NCBI GenBank assembly: GCA_000934665.2
Contig: JYFJ02001814.1
Span: 1-64,000 of the forward strand
Length of the DNA stretch: 64,000 nucleotides
From: Catajapyx aquilonaris
Lineage: Eukaryota
Reading direction: 5' to 3'
Positions 62,954-64,000 of this stretch are shown in pieces; within the stretch, counting starts at the first letter, position 1, and each line of letters starts with the position of its first letter. The position numbers and the translations under genes are program-made. Below the pieces are notes generated by a model. The model was not told the DNA's origin. It did not search any database and saw only the letters and a list, made by a program, of their open reading frames with translations.

Positions 62954-64000
62954 CTATCTTCCGAAAAACCTATTAAACGAATTGTAGCGTATTCCCTCAT
63001 TGTTTCGTGATCTGACCTGATCGCCGACATAATGCTGGGCTCCCTGGGCCATGCCCTGGGCAAGCTTCAGTGGAATCCGAAAATAATCCCCCAAATTCTG
63101 CTGCTGTTGAGGACGACGTTCGTGTTCCTGTTGTTCATGTTGATGTTGTTGCTGTTGTTGTTGCTGTCTGTCGGAAGGTTCATGTGCTTCCATCTCATGT
63201 CCATNGTAGTGGAAGGTGATGCTGCAGTCGTAGGTGAGGGTGTGGTGGAAGGTGATGCAGTCGTAGTTGTTGGCTTCTTAGTCGTAGTTGAAGGTGTGGT
63301 GGAAGGTGATGCGGTCGTAGTTTTTGGCTTCTTAGTCGTTGTTGAAGGTGTAGTGGAAGGCGATGCAGTCGTAGTTGAGGGTGTGGTGGAAGGTGATGCA
63401 GTCGTCATGCAGGTAGAGGCTCCTTCAATAGTTGAAGTAAAATATTGTTATAAATACGTAGATTTCTTTTAATTACGCACTAACGTAAGGATCCTGCTAA
63501 TTCAAAGTACAGTAGCGGATATATGGGACGTTTTTGATAATAAAAACCAAATAAGAAAATAATACTACCCTTGAAATAATACTAACTTGACGACTATAAC
63601 TATAGTTGATCTCAATATGTTTTCCGTTCAGGACAAACCACGACATCCTTGACTACAAATGGGGCAACACGGATCCTGTTCTTAAGCCGGTTCTAGTTTG
63701 TTTTTTTTGTCACGCACATCATTATTTTCCAACACTGAGTTTCATTAGTTTGCTTACACAGCCGTCGTCCATAATAACATGTAATCAAATGAACAACAAA
63801 ACTATGTTCACTTGTCAACAATGGGCTGATTCAGGATTGAATAAATTTTCAAGTGGCTGTGTAAAATGATGTATGTCCAGTAATGTGAAGTCATGAAATG
63901 TGTTAGCACCTCTTCTGACACTCACCTGGTTGGCCACCGGACACTACATTTTGCACCGACTCCAATGGTGTATCAATCTGAGGCTGCGACAGCAGATATG
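62954..64000 (-). CDS. 3' part of a mucin-like Thr/Ser/Pro-repeat protein with a probable Gln-rich C-terminus; 5' end beyond the right edge
   Basis: The exon ending ...SGGQP G|gtgag (~63926) splices in phase 1 to an exon starting at ~63422 that encodes TTASPSTTPSTTTKKP repeats. A single N at 63205 makes the downstream frame uncertain. Confidence 0.65.

Overview
This is intron-rich eukaryotic DNA, not prokaryotic. Introns are short (about 55-90 nt), and the intronless variant ionotropic receptors point to a protostome, probably an arthropod; the species cannot be determined. Left to right: (1) A tandem array of His-rich vitellogenin/hemelipoprotein-like large lipid transfer protein (LLTP) genes on the minus strand. 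It comprises the first exon of a paralog running off the left edge (1769-1790), a disabled copy (3134-8118) and an apparently intact copy of about 24 exons (9828-17492). The disabled copy has no start exon, an in-frame ~2.15 kb internal deletion that fuses two exons, and a premature TAG. (2) A gene-poor ~20 kb interval with several long inverted repeats/MITE-like hairpins and a small orphan spliced ORF. (3) Two tandem SLC22/organic cation transporter genes. (4) Two F-box/LRR genes, one frameshifted. (5) An unrecognised secreted protein of roughly 950 aa, built of ~150-aa helical repeats joined by Gly-Asp linkers. (6) Two intronless divergent ionotropic receptors flanking a BTB-BACK-PHR gene. 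(7) A mucin-like/Gln-rich gene entering from the right edge across a single-N assembly ambiguity. Exon coordinates were read by eye and may be off by a few bases. No database searches were run.
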